A stretch of DNA of 64,000 nucleotides from Chrysomallon squamiferum. Its lineage: Eukaryota > Animalia > Mollusca. The notes below the pieces were generated by a model that did not search any database, was not told the origin of the DNA, and saw only the letters and a program-made list of their open reading frames with translations. Location of the stretch: contig CM022671.1 of the NCBI GenBank assembly GCA_012295275.1, positions 6,014,001 through 6,078,000 on the forward strand, given 5' to 3'. Positions 14,386 to 28,156 of the stretch are shown in pieces (within the stretch, counting starts at the first letter, position 1; each line of letters begins with the position of its first letter). Position numbers and translations under genes: made by a program.

Positions 14386-14961
14386 AAATAAAATAAAAAA
14401 TTAAAACAATTAAATGATATGCGAAATTAATAAAAATTAAAATTAAATGACATCCCAGCATGCAATAAATAAAAATAATAATAATAATAATAATGTTGGC
14501 TTTTGGGTGTAAATAAAATAAAAAATGATAAAATGAAGAAATACCCAAGATCCCAGCTCAAAGAAAATGTGAAGATTTTAAAATTTTTAGAAGGTGGAAG
14601 AAAGCATGCAGCTTACCAATGCAGAACAAAATGTCTTTAAAAGTTTTAACTTCATAAGTGTTCTGAAGTCTTCAAATTCTGTTTCTTAAAACAATTTTAT
14701 TTTTAATTACAACACACATAGTGTTAGCCAGGTCTGTCTGACAAAAAAGTCACAGGTTCTTGTGGATATATATATGAATATAGTAAATAATAATGCTGTT
14801 ATTGATACTAGCAGCTACGGTTAAAAGCAGATGTAATAAGTTACCAGCAAACAAAGAAAATTAAAAATAAAAGAAATAAAGACTAACTCTTTTTTTTTTT
14901 TTTTTTTTTTTTATAAATATTGAAATTAATAAAAAAAAAAATTATTAGTTGATTATTATTA

Positions 14962-15000
<39 letters not shown>

Positions 15001-16296
15001 TGAAATAAATAATAGGTAAATAAATAAACAAAAAAGTAAATAAGTAAATAAATGAATAAATAATTCTTTTGAATAATAAAACAAATTCTGGATGTAATTC
15101 TAAAAAATAAAAATTTATATTTAAATGTTAAAAGTTAATGTTTAAACAATGAAAATGCAAAATGATACAAAATTAATCTTTTAAATAATAATAAAAAATT
15201 ATAATGGTTAAAAAATAAAATTTCTAAATTAGTTCTTAAAGAAATAAAATGAATCAAGCACTTTCTTAAATACTGAAAAAAATAAATAAATAGAAGACAA
15301 AAAAAATATTTTGTTGATTATTTAAAAAAAATAAAAATCTGAAATAACTAAAAAATGAAAATTCTGTAATTGTTATTTATAAATGTAGAAGTCATTAAAC
15401 AATAAAAAAAAGTCTAAATAAATAATTTTTAAAATATCTAGAAGTAATGTTAAATAAATAAATAAATATTACTTTTTTAAGAAAGAAATCTGATATAAAA
15501 TACTACTTTTAGAAAATTGAAGAAAAGAAAAATGGTAAAACATTTAAGTATTAATAAATTAAAGTAATTTTTAAAAATGAAATAATTTTAAGATAATAAT
15601 AATAATAATAATAATAATAAACAATATGCTTAAAAAGTAGTTTGAAAAAAATTAAATCAATGAACTTTTAATTCCTGAACTATAAAAAAAAAAGAAGAAA
15701 TAATGAAAAAAAAAATCAAAAAAAAAAAAAATAAAAAATTATAATTATATATATATATAAAGAAGAAATAATATGCACATAAACATAGATAAATAAATAA
15801 AAAATAAAAATAAAAATAAACAAAACTACTCTATATAAAGAATCAAAACAAACAACCAAAAACAAAAATTATAAAAAAGCAAATGAATTAAAATTATGTA
15901 AACTATAATGGTCATTACAACTAAATATTGAGTGTTTAAATGTGAAATTCTATAATTTATTTATTTATTAAATTTTAAATTAAATAAATTAAAAACATTT
16001 TTTTTTTATATAAAATAAAAACAACAGCTTTTGTAACTATTTATATTTATAAACACATAAGTTTAAACCCTTGTATTTTCTCAAATTAAATTAGAAAAAA
16101 AATCAAAACAAAAAAATAACATACAATTTTAATAAAATAAGAAAGAAAGAAAAAATATAATTTATAAAATAATACTAAAACAACTAAATAAACAAACCAT
16201 AAAATTTATTTTGTATTAAAAAAAATCTGTTTTAATACTTAAAAATGCATGCTGGTTATACTGTTTAGAAACCTAGAAAAATTTAAGTATTTATCT

Positions 16297-16331
<35 letters not shown>

Positions 16332-16725
16332 AACCAAACCCACATAACCTTTTAAAAGCCAAATAATAATCTAAATATTTTCTATTTCAGAAAGGATATA
16401 GCGATTACACTGTTAAAAAAAGTATTTTACATAGTTATTACCCAACTATAAAAGAACATAATTCTGATTATATAAAACCTCATATAACTAAAAAAAACAA
16501 CCAAAAAACCCCAAACAAAACAAAAAGCATTCTGACTACTACGACAACAACAGAAACTATTATAAACGGTTAGATAAATAAATAACAAAACATGCAGAAA
16601 CAATTAAAACCCAAATGCGCCAAACCTGTGACTTTGGTTCAGTCAGACCTGGCCAACTTTATAAAACAAAACCGTTGAGAGTTTTTCACACAGTGAAAAA
16701 AAAGCACTAGTAAGTCTGCATGTAC

Positions 16726-16951
16726 CTGGTTTGACAGTGAGGTGATGCCAAGCCTTACCCGGCTTCGCGATGCCGTTGATGCTGTGGAGCTCAGAGAACT
16801 GATCGAGTCCTGGCTTCCCGAGCGCTCCCGGGACATTCGCAGGCTCATGTTGCCGAGGTTACGAACCTGTGAACTGGGGGTCGAGCCTCCGAGTTTGGTC
16901 ACTTTGTGAATGGGAGCGAAAAGGCCGTAATGCGGAGGACATTCAAAATAC
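16726..16951 (-). CDS. CLIP1: CLIP1 exon: end of CAP-Gly 2 ([21 protein letters not shown]) and Ser-rich region
   Basis: cag acceptor, gtacat donor, phase 2 to 0. [11 protein letters not shown] matches the end of CLIP-170 CAP-Gly 2. Confidence 0.95.
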
Positions 16952-17121
16952 CTGGATATTAAAAAAAATACAATTAATTAATAATAATTCATTAATTAAG
17001 GTGTATTTCTTACTTCTGCAGCAAAGGCCAACAAAGATTAAATTTACAGAATAAACCAAGTTTCCTCATTATTTTTATATTTTAATTAATCAACTATATT
17101 TATCTATGTATGTTTGAAAAA

Positions 17122-17177
<56 letters not shown>

Positions 17178-17478
17178 CCACACATATATTGTTTCTAAAA
17201 TATACCAAATCTGTTTACATCTATTAAAATCACTAACATATAGACATGATACAAAATTACAACAGAATATGTCTAATTATTTTAAGTAATTTACAATAAA
17301 CATTTTTATAACAATTTTAGTATATATATATACATATGTATTTTTAATTGTTGTTTTTATTTAAAGATATACACATCCCAGTGTTTTTAATTATTAAATT
17401 AAGACTGAGAAAATCTGCTCTCCTTATTAATTTTCAGGAGAGTTATTACCCTCTGTCACTTTACAGTCTTTTTTTTAC

Positions 17479-18137
17479 CTCTTTCCTGCCACTGCTCCAT
17501 CATTTTTACCCTGAGCATCATCCAGCTCCACCCCAGCCCAGTCCCCCTTGGCGAAGTCGGTGGGGCCGATGAAGCGCAGCACCCCGGGCTTGGTTCCGAC
17601 TCACCAGCACCCTGTCCCCGACCTTCAGGTTGTACTTGCTGGGCAGCGCCCCCTTCTGGAGACTCGAGTTGGCCGGAGACTCCTTGTTGAGGCTTGACGA
17701 GGAGTTGGACTTTGACCTGGTCCCTGCCAGACCGAGCCTAGGGGTCTGGGAACGAGGCGCGGTGACAGAAGAGCTCGCTTTGGGAGTTCCGTTTGAGGCA
17801 CTTAGAGGACTGAGGTTGCTGGTCAGAGAGGTGCTCATGCTGTCCCCAGCGGGAGAGCCGTCTTCCTGCCTGGGCGGTCCGGGTGTGGTTATGGCGCCGG
17901 GGGAGCGGGTGAGTTTAGTCAAGCGCGAAAACACGCCTTTGTTGGGCTCGCACTGAAAGTATCGAATTCCTGTCACGCTGCCATCGTTTTTGCCGACCGG
18001 CTCGTCCAGCGCCACGCCCGCCCACTCCCCCGGGGCGAACTGGGTCTCGCCGATGAACGCGATGACACCTGGCTTGGTGCCACCCACCCACACCCGGTCC
18101 CCGATTTTGAAATCATCCGTGTTTAGTGGTTCCGGAC
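17479..18137 (-). CDS. CLIP1: CLIP1 exon with CAP-Gly 1, Ser/Pro linker and first part of CAP-Gly 2; one extra base near 17598
   Basis: [61 protein letters not shown] contains the GKNDG motif. The second domain [50 protein letters not shown] continues in a shifted frame. The 659-nt length is 1 nt more than phases 1 to 2 allow. Confidence 0.95.
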
Positions 18138-18216
18138 CTAGACACAAATAAAACATTTTAAAATAATAATAATAAAAAAAAAAAATAAAAAATAAAAAAA
18201 AATAAATAAATAAAAA

Positions 18217-18247
<31 letters not shown>

Positions 18248-19208
18248 TAAATAAATAAAAAAATAATAATAAAAAAAATAAAAAAAAAATAAAAAAATAA
18301 AAATAAAAAAATAAAAAAATAAATAAATAAAAAAAATAAAAAAAATAAAAAACAAATAAGCTCAAATATAAAACCATTTCCCTTTCACCTTTCTAACAAT
18401 TTAAGCAGATGAAGAAATGGAAAATCAGATTAAAAAGCAACCTTATATTAGCTTGTAGATATTTTAATTCTTCTTTGATAAATGGTATACTGATTCAGAC
18501 ATAATTAATGATGTATGTATTATAAAATATATTAATGTGTTGATTAGACTGAAAGATTTTCAAACAGCATGCATGGAAAAATAACTCAGATATTAATATA
18601 TAGAATAACAAAAAAATTGTTCAAATTAAAATATTAAAATGTTAAAGAATAGGCAAAAATAATGTAAATTTAAATTGTTTATTTATATTCTCAAATAAAA
18701 TTGAAATAATCTGTTTACAAAAGTTATTATATAAACAATACATTACAGTTATATATTTTATTTATTATTATAAAATGACAGTATTTTATTTTTTAAATAT
18801 TACATATTTAACATTTATTTGACTTGTTTTTTCTTCATATTTACATATTACAAATAAACTTATTTAGACTGATATATTTTCAAAATCAACTAATCTGTTT
18901 TTATTTTCAAAATAATCCAAAAAGTCAGAATATTTGTAATTACCTTGTTTTTATGGTTTAAACCAGAATTTTTGTTTGTATTATTTATTTATTATTTTTT
19001 TTAATTTTTTTTTATTTTTTTTTTTTCACTCATTCTCGGATCATCAATGTATAATAGTTAAATTAAGGAAAATATTTTTTCAAATGTCCAGCTTAAACAA
19101 AAAAGCTGCAAATGTGAGAGTTAAATTAAGGAATCCTGGTTTAAACCATTTTAAACTTTCCTCTGTTCAATACCTGATGGATTATTGATTATTGGTTATT
19201 GATTTTAC

Positions 19209-19295
19209 CTCGTAGTGGTTGATTAGGTTCTGCTGGGTATCGCTCAGGCTGGCCAGACGAAAATGCATCAAGTCGGCTAACTTTGCCTAATGCAC
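19209..19295 (-). CDS. CLIP1: CLIP1 coding exon 2 (87 nt, phase 1-1; SALGKVSRLDAFSSGQPERYPAEPNQPLR)
   Basis: tttag acceptor, gtaaaa donor, open in the required phase, GC-richer than the flanking intron. No family motif recognised. Confidence 0.7.
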
Positions 19296-19992
19296 CTAAA
19301 CAAATAACACACACACATGCAGAAATGAGGCAGGGGAGAGAACTCTTCACACAAAGCAACATGAACTAGCACTAGGGGGTAAAAAAAAGCTTTTACAAGA
19401 AAATGCTCAGAAACTTTGAAGATTACAGGATAAATTTTGAAATAAATATTTAATTTTATATATACAAACATTTACATGCATGTATATATTGTGTGTTTGT
19501 AAGTAATGTTAATAAATAAAATACAAAGATTAATTTGAGTTATTTTCAAATGGGGCTGAACTTAGTGCAAACTGTTGTATACAAAGTAAAAACAAAATAA
19601 TAATAAATTTAAACAATCTAATTATAGATTCTGATCATTTTCCTCAAACAAATTTGGTGCAAACAAAAGATAAAATAAATAAACCATAATAAAATAAATA
19701 GATAAACAAAAATAAAATAAAATAAAATAAAATAGCTACTACAACAGATATTTTTTTTTTCATTTATAACATTCTAAAATATATTTTAAATAATAATCAC
19801 AACAACAGTATATAATAATAATAATATTAATAAAGATTATAAATAAGTCTCAATGAATGATTACAACATATGTGAAAAACCACAATAATAAACATGCAGT
19901 TATCAACAAAATAGAATGAAAAACAATAATCAACCTTAAACATCACATTAAATTTTTTTTTTAGTAAAAACAAATATCTACATTAAACATCA

Positions 19993-20031
<39 letters not shown>

Positions 20032-21484
20032 TCTACTTTAAACGTCACAAAAAAAAAAAAAAAAAAGTAAAACAACAAATATCTACATGGAACGTCACAT
20101 TAAAAAACAGATTAGTAAAAAAAAACAATTAAGAAAAGAGACACGTTTAGTAAACATTAGTTAGAACAATGCAGTCAACTACATAATCAATATATTTTAT
20201 ATCATTCCATACACACTGACCCAGAGATATTTTATCTAGAACAACACAATTTTGTTAGTCCTGTTTCTTGTCTATAACATTCAGCAAGTATTTGTTAATG
20301 CTGTATTTTTTTACAAGACATCATCAATATTTTGCAGCAAAATATACCATCTAAAATGTACAACATATAGATATAACCACCATTTTAAAGAATGGCCTGT
20401 CATTTTTTTTTTTTTTTTTTTTTTTTTTAATCATATATACTGAGACAGACAGAGAAATAGAGATAGAGAGTGCATGTATGTGTTACAAAATAAATTATTT
20501 TCTGGTAATTTTCAGCACCATAACTGTTATTTAGACCTCTTTCAAGACACCTACTATATCATTTTCTCTGCAGATTGTCAAAAAGGTTTCTGTAGTATTT
20601 TCCTGTCTACATAAATAATTCTGTGTGTGGTCTGCAATTACTTTTCTGTCTGATTTTATTGTTTATACAGCTAATTATACACTGTGTTTGTCTTTCATGT
20701 AGGAATTGTGTAAAACAGGACAGATTTAATGTGGTTGAAATATCACAAAGTAATTTGAGTTTGTGTGAATCAAAGAGGCTGGAAGAGATCTGAGAAAAAA
20801 AAATAAATAAAAAATCTAGATATTTTGGTTGCTTTTATATACAGAGAAAAAAAAAATCAAAGGCATAAAAACACTAATAACAGTTATATAAAAGAATAAA
20901 GAAATAAATTAATAAAGTTGAGTTATTAAAAAAAAAGAAAAAAGAAGATAAATATACTAATACTGTAATAACTACAGTTACTTAAATGTGTTAAAAAAAA
21001 AAAAAATAATAATAATAATAATAATAATAATCTGATATGATGTAACAATAAGGAAAAAAAAACTAACTTCATCATTATAAGTTTTCAAATAAAATAACCA
21101 TTTAATAAAACTAATGCCAAAAAAAAAAAAAAAAAAGTTAAAATTTTAAATTTAAAAACAAAAATGTCATTTCAACATCATCAAAATCCATAACAAAGAA
21201 TCCACAAAAACTACAAAATAATGCTTCTCAACCTTTTTTTAACTCTGTACTTTCCTGTAACCATGACAACAATGGGCTGAGTTAAAGATGGTCCCAGTTT
21301 AAGGAGGTGACTCAGCGTTCAAGGAGGAGTGTTACATAAGAAGAAGTATATGTGTGTGTGCTTGCCATCCATCATGACAAAATGTCAAAGTTTTTTTCAT
21401 TTGCTACAGATGTTTAAAGTTTTTTCTTCTTCTGAATTTCAGCTGTTAAATTCATTTGTAAAAGAAAGCTTCTATTTTTAAATG

Positions 21485-21520
<36 letters not shown>

Positions 21521-21709
21521 TAACAATTTTTAAGCTGGTTGGAGAATTTTTCAATGTTAGGATACTCTAATACAAATCTAATATACATTTTTATGTTATT
21601 ATTCTTCTTGGAAAATCTATTTAAAAAACCCACAAACAAACAAATAAACAAACAAATCTACAAAACAAAACTAACACTATGACTATGCAAAAGAAGAGTT
21701 GAAGCAGGA

Positions 21710-21765
<56 letters not shown>

Positions 21766-22020
21766 TTATAAATAGTCATTATCATTACAATCATCATAAC
21801 AATAAACAAAACTAAATAATAAATAACTAGTTTTAAAAATAATAAAATAAAATAAAATAAAATAAAATAAAATAAACAAAATAAAAAAATAAAAAAAACA
21901 GACAAACAAATAAATAAATAAACAAATAAATAAATAAATAAGTGAATAAATAAACAAATAAATAAATAAACAAATAAACAAATAAATAAATAAATAAAGT
22001 TTAAAAGAATTAACACTTAC

Positions 22021-22126
22021 TTGAAGGTCTGCTGTTTCCGGGGGTTGGAATTCCAGATTTGGGCAAACCAGAAGGGCGCCCAATTTTTGATGGGGCTTTG
22101 AGCCCTGAGGGTCTTGGGAGACTCAT
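22021..22126 (-). CDS. CLIP1: CLIP1/CLIP-170-family gene, first coding exon (MSLPRPSGLKAPSKIGRPSGLPKSGIPTPGNSRPS); exon extends to 22132 as 5'UTR
   Basis: ATG at 22126. PSGLKAP resembles the vertebrate CLIP-170 N-terminus (MSMLKPSGLKAPTKI). Acceptor ttttcag at 22133-22134, donor gtaagt at 22020; ends in phase 1. Confidence 0.9.
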
Positions 22127-22140
22127 TCAGTACTGAAAAA

Positions 22141-22175
<35 letters not shown>

Positions 22176-22299
22176 AACTACTAACAGCAAGAATACAATT
22201 TTACAATAATTATAGGAAGAGGTAAAATTTGATAAAATACGAAGGCAGATTATTTTTCTTTTAGCATATGAAATAATAAATACAGAAGTAATATTACTA

Positions 22300-22585
22300 G
22301 TCATAGTAGTAGCAACAGTAATAGTAATATTAATAGTAATATTAGTAATAGTAGTAACATTGGTAGTAATATTAGTAGTACTAGTGGCAACAGTAATATA
22401 ACAAACTGTAGTAGTAACTGTAATAATAGTACTAACAGTAGTAGTACCAGTAGTAATATAACAGTAGTAGTAGTAGTTGTAGCAGTAGTAATATAACAGT
22501 AGTATTAGTAGTAATGTAGCAGTGGTAATATATCAGTAGTAGTAGTAGTAGTAGTGATAATATAACGGTAGTCTTAGTAGTAGTA
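22300..22585. repeat. Degenerate (AGT)n tract
   Basis: Read directly from the sequence. Confidence 0.9.
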
Positions 22586-23081
22586 AAAAAAGATTAACAA
22601 AACAGTTCAGAAGTAACATTTGTGTTCAATATTAAACATCTGTTATTACCTGAATCAAAGTACATTAAAATAACAAAGTGTGGTACTCACAGATGTGAAC
22701 ACACATGCACATGCATGCATGCGCCAGATGTACATACAAGAAGCATACTGCTTTTTCATTTACAGAAAAAAAAAAAAAAATGAAGTTTCAGATAACAGTA
22801 GGGTGACTAAATTAGAACAAAGTTTCCTTGTGTAAAATATATTTTAGCAGAAAACTGAAAACCCAAACAATAGGAATTATTGGTAAAAAGAAACAGAAAT
22901 ATTATCAGAATAAATTAAACACAGAAAAATCATCAGACAGTTAAACATTAGAAATTATCTTGATAAAAATAAATACTAAAAAAATAACCAGATAAATTCT
23001 GGAAAATTATAAATAGGTGTAAAATAAAACTTTAAAACTGGTTTTAAGTTGAATTAACTACCTCAAGGCAATACACAATTT

Positions 23082-23129
<48 letters not shown>

Positions 23130-25961
23130 ACCCACAAACTTCATACATATAAATGCAGATAATTTTAAACTGAAAAATTTACCTCAAAGTACTCTACAAT
23201 TTCATCTGCTAATACCTCAAACTTCAAGATCAAAAAAAAGTTAGACATGTTTAATAATTTATGTTTGACACAATGTTGTTCTTAATGTGTTAGCTGTCCT
23301 GTTTTTAACACCCCTCAATTGTTTATTTGTATGTTAAAAACACATAAATATATACTAGAGGGGGTTTAATGAAACTGGATATATGAATAAAACTGATTAT
23401 AAAGTGTACTTAGAATTCTGTTTCATGAACTTTCGTTCAGTTTAATAATTTAAAACAGAAACAGTGTTTTTTGGATTAATTTTTCAATACCTCTTTTAAT
23501 TTTATGTGATAATAATAATATTATTATAAATTAAAAGTTTGATTTTTACAAAAAAAAAAATGTTCTAGTTACAAAATTTAAGATTAAATGATAGTAATTC
23601 CACATATATTTACATTATAATTAAGTATATATTAATATTCTGTTTTTTATTTTTATTTTATTTATTTAATTTCCATCTCTTTTCATGCTATTTGTAAAAA
23701 AATAATTAATTTTATCATTCAATTCCTGCATTTAAATAGTTAATTAATAAATAAAAACATAAAATAATAAATAAATACATTTTCTTTTTCTTTCATTTTA
23801 CACTCATTTTACTCTCTCTCACTCGCTCACTCACTCTCACTCTCTCTTTTTCTCTCACTTTCTTTCTCTCTCTCCCTTTTATTAGCATTTTACTACAGTC
23901 CTGATCAATATTTCAAGTCACACTGTTTATGATAAATTATCAATGGAATTTCTCACTATACACACACACCACATATGTTGCCATGTACAGGTCAATATCA
24001 TTTTTATTTCTTTTATCAGTTATCTTGATATCTTTAAAAACTGACCTTTGTACTCAGCTTACTTTTACATATAGATATTTATATTTTGGTATATAACTAT
24101 ATGCATTATAAACAGCAGTAATAGAAGAATACATTAACGTTAAACTAGGAGTATACTAAAAACATATATTTAAATAATGTTAAAATCACACTGTTTTATA
24201 AACTGTAGAAAGATTCTGTTTGAGTAATTAAAGTAGAAAATTAGTGAAATTTTGCATATTTCAATACACTACTTTCCAATCACTTCTGAATTTTTTCCAC
24301 TTTTTATTTTATTTTATTTTATTTTAATAAATTATGCAATCATCAAATTTCAACAAAAGTGAATAATATACAATTGCAATAAAACTGAAACATGTCATAT
24401 TTATTCTATTTTTATCTAAAACTGAATTTATATATGCATATGTAAGACATGGACACATATATAAATATGCACATCTACTCACACAGACACATACACAGAC
24501 ATACAGACACACACTCTCACATATACTCACACACACACATACACAAATACATACACAGACACATACACAAATCCACAGACACAGAATTATATACACACAC
24601 ACACCAACAGATCTACACAGGCACATAAACACTTACAATCATGCAAATGTACATTAACCTACATGCATACAGCCATGAATAAAATATGAATAAACTTGTA
24701 CAGGAATAACATTAATTATACACATGTGCATTTCTGTCTGAATATGCATGTATTCATGTACTAACCAACAACTTAACAATCAACTCAATAATTTTAAAAA
24801 GTTTTTACAGATAATGACAGAAATATAAATAAAAAAGCTATCTGTGTAAGTTAATCTGTTCATTTGCAATAAAAAAAAGCACTTAAAATCACATATAAAT
24901 AATTTATATTTACATATTTTCCCCATTAGCAACATTTTTTTTTCTTTCATCTGGGAAATAAACTTCCAAGAAAAGCTAATTGAAGAACAAATCAAGCAGA
25001 CATAACTGTAGATTTCTCTCTCAATTCTTCATCACATTAAATTAGATGTGCATGTGTATGCATATGTATGCATGTCTATATGTCTGTGTATGTATGTGTG
25101 TGTGTATGAGAATGTATATATGTATATGTGTGTCTGTGTGTGTATACATGTCTATGTATGCATATGTATATATGTCTATGTACATATGTGTATGTACTGT
25201 GGTATGTCTGTGTATGTGTATGTATGTATGTGCATATGTATGTGTGTATGCATGCATTTATGTTTGTTATGTGTATATTCAAATACATATTTTACAGTAA
25301 TTCTTACTATCGTCCCATACAAATTTTATGTACACACACTGACACCCACCCACACCCAACATTCATCAGAAACATTTATCAGATTTATTTATCAGACATA
25401 AAAACAAATATATAAAAAAAATAAATAAATAAATAAAAAATAACTATCCATGGATGAATGCAGTTAAAGCAGACTGAACATTAGATACAGTGCTATGCTG
25501 TTAATTTCACCGTTAGCTCTACTAATACTATTAAATCACTGACTGCATGGCTGAACGCTGGGAGACAGATAGATATATATACCTTTACTACTGATCTATT
25601 TCAGGCTACGAAACAGACAACAGAGAGAAAGAGAAACCTACGAGTAAGAAATAGACGTTCTCTGTTTGGTGTAATGTGGCATACTGCCAGCCTTTTTGCA
25701 GCCTTCGTTTGTGAAATGAATAATTTTTCAGTTTTATGTTTGTTAAAAATCTATTATTTATTTATAAATGTATTTACATCTTCACTACTGAGGTTGCTAT
25801 GACCATCTGACAGTAAAACAAAACAAATTTACTGATGGTAGAAGTAAATGATATCCTGGCTTTGTAAAGGGCTGATGAAAAATAATACAATACACTGCAT
25901 ATTTTGTTCTGTCTTAGTGTAAGGTTGCTGTTAAATAGTCTCTGTAGGTTTGATGATGATG

Positions 25962-26013
<52 letters not shown>

Positions 26014-26096
26014 AAAAATATTTTTTTATTTAGCATGCACGAATGCAGACAATATAACTGCAAATATTAAAGGATTTATAAACATGAAATTTATAC

Positions 26097-26184
<88 letters not shown>

Positions 26185-26467
26185 GCCTATATGATAAAGT
26201 AATCTAACAACTGCAGATCCACTGTTTGTATAAGAAAAAATATTTCAGCTATTTTATCATGACTCAGTGCAGAATTAGTCATCAAATTGATGGAAATTTC
26301 AGTAAAACAAAGTTTTTTTTTCTCTCATTAATATCAAGTTGAAAGTCATTTGGTAAAGGTGTATCTGTACATACACAGCTGCCTGAAGAACCAAGTGTTA
26401 AAAGTGACAGAAACATTACTGAGATGATTACAAAAGGACTAGGTAAATATTATCTATACACACACCT

Positions 26468-26519
<52 letters not shown>

Positions 26520-26651
26520 GACAAAGCAGTCTGGTGTTAAAAATAAAGATTTCACACTTTAAAGAATCTTTGTTACAGGGCACTCATAATTTCTGTTATA
26601 GATGTCTTGTCTTCTAGAATAATATAGATTGAAACCATGATTCACAAATTA

Positions 26652-26706
<55 letters not shown>

Positions 26707-28123
26707 CCCTCCCTCCCTCACAGACATCCCCCTCCTGTAGACAAAATCTTTTTTTTACCTGCTATTTATTACCTTGGATGATTCAAACATTAACTCAATG
26801 ACTCATAATACACTCACTGAAACAGAGGCACAGACATTGTGTCTCTTTTTTCAATTCTCTGTCTCGTTATCATTCTCTCTCTCTCTCTCTCTCTCTCGTT
26901 CTCTGCCTTTTTATCTATTTTTCTGTCCTGGTTCTGTTTCAGTATCTGTCTGTCTGTTTCTCTCTTTCTATGACTTTCTCTCTGTCACTGTATTTCACAC
27001 ACATTATGATTAACACAAACACATATCCACCCACACTATTAATACAGATGTTACCAGTGAAATATTTTTATATTCAATCAACACATACCACTTACTACGT
27101 TATAAATATTTCTTGTTACACAGTTTAATGTTTATAACAACTAATATAACTGTATTATTAAAACAAAAGAGAAGAAGAAAAAAAAAAAAGACCTTTGTTT
27201 ATATCAGCTATGAGCACTTTTTAGTAATATCTGACTAATGCTGCAGACATTATTTTAATAATAGATAAAATTATTCTCTCTCTAAGTCTCTTGTACAGCT
27301 TAATACTTACTGTTTGGAAGAAAAGCTTGCAGTGTGTTTTCAAAAGCTGGCATTTGAACATGTGATTCTGTTTCACATGTGACTGAAATATATGACAGGT
27401 GAACAAAATGCACATACTGTTCAGGTATCTTTAAATAAATTTCACCTTGAAGAACTTTTGTTCCAATGCAATATATTATACATGCTTGTAAGTGATATTA
27501 AAGTGTCCTCAGAAACTACAAACATTATTATTATAATTATTATAATCTTCCTTTTTAGCCAATGAACAATAAATAAATAAATAAATAATGTCACAAACAT
27601 GATATCAGTATAATATCCTTTTTTTTTTTTTAACCATGATTCACTGGTGCATGCATAAAATATACATATATCGCCTATATGCCATACTTATAAATATTTA
27701 ATTATATAATATTACATAACTTTACACATGAAAAAAAAAAACTGACAACAAAGAACAGTGTTGACAACATGCTCTTTTCACAACAGATTAATCCATGAAA
27801 GTAACAGAAAAGTCAAGACATGAATATGTAAACATACATTGAGGTGTAAAAATAAATTTAAAAAAAAAATAAGAAAAAATTGCCCCAAGCCATGACAAAC
27901 ATTGTAACAAGAATTTAAAAACAACTTTTAAAACTTCCCTCAGGTTGTGTATCTAGACAGTATGACTAACTCTGTGTTTTGACAGACACACCTAGAAGAT
28001 TGAGGATCAGAGACTGAATCCACTACCCAAGGTTAACAGATCAATCCCTCTCATGACTTCCTTTCACAAATTTCCCAATCTGACCACTGCACTATATATG
28101 TACTTAACAAAGGCCATCATGCA

Positions 28124-28156
<33 letters not shown>

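Noticed and set aside
17590-17610. Programmed ribosomal frameshift as the explanation for the CAP-Gly 2 break
   Set aside because: No slippery heptamer or shifty stop at the site; an error or a splice-based explanation is simpler.
22691-22750. Possible extra 5'UTR exon ending at a gtgagt donor with clustered TGCATG
   Set aside because: Weak acceptor, and the motifs lie in a low-complexity (TGCA)n patch.
27995-28100. A-box-like TAGTGCAGTGGTCAGA on the minus strand
   Set aside because: Too degenerate to call a tRNA or SINE.
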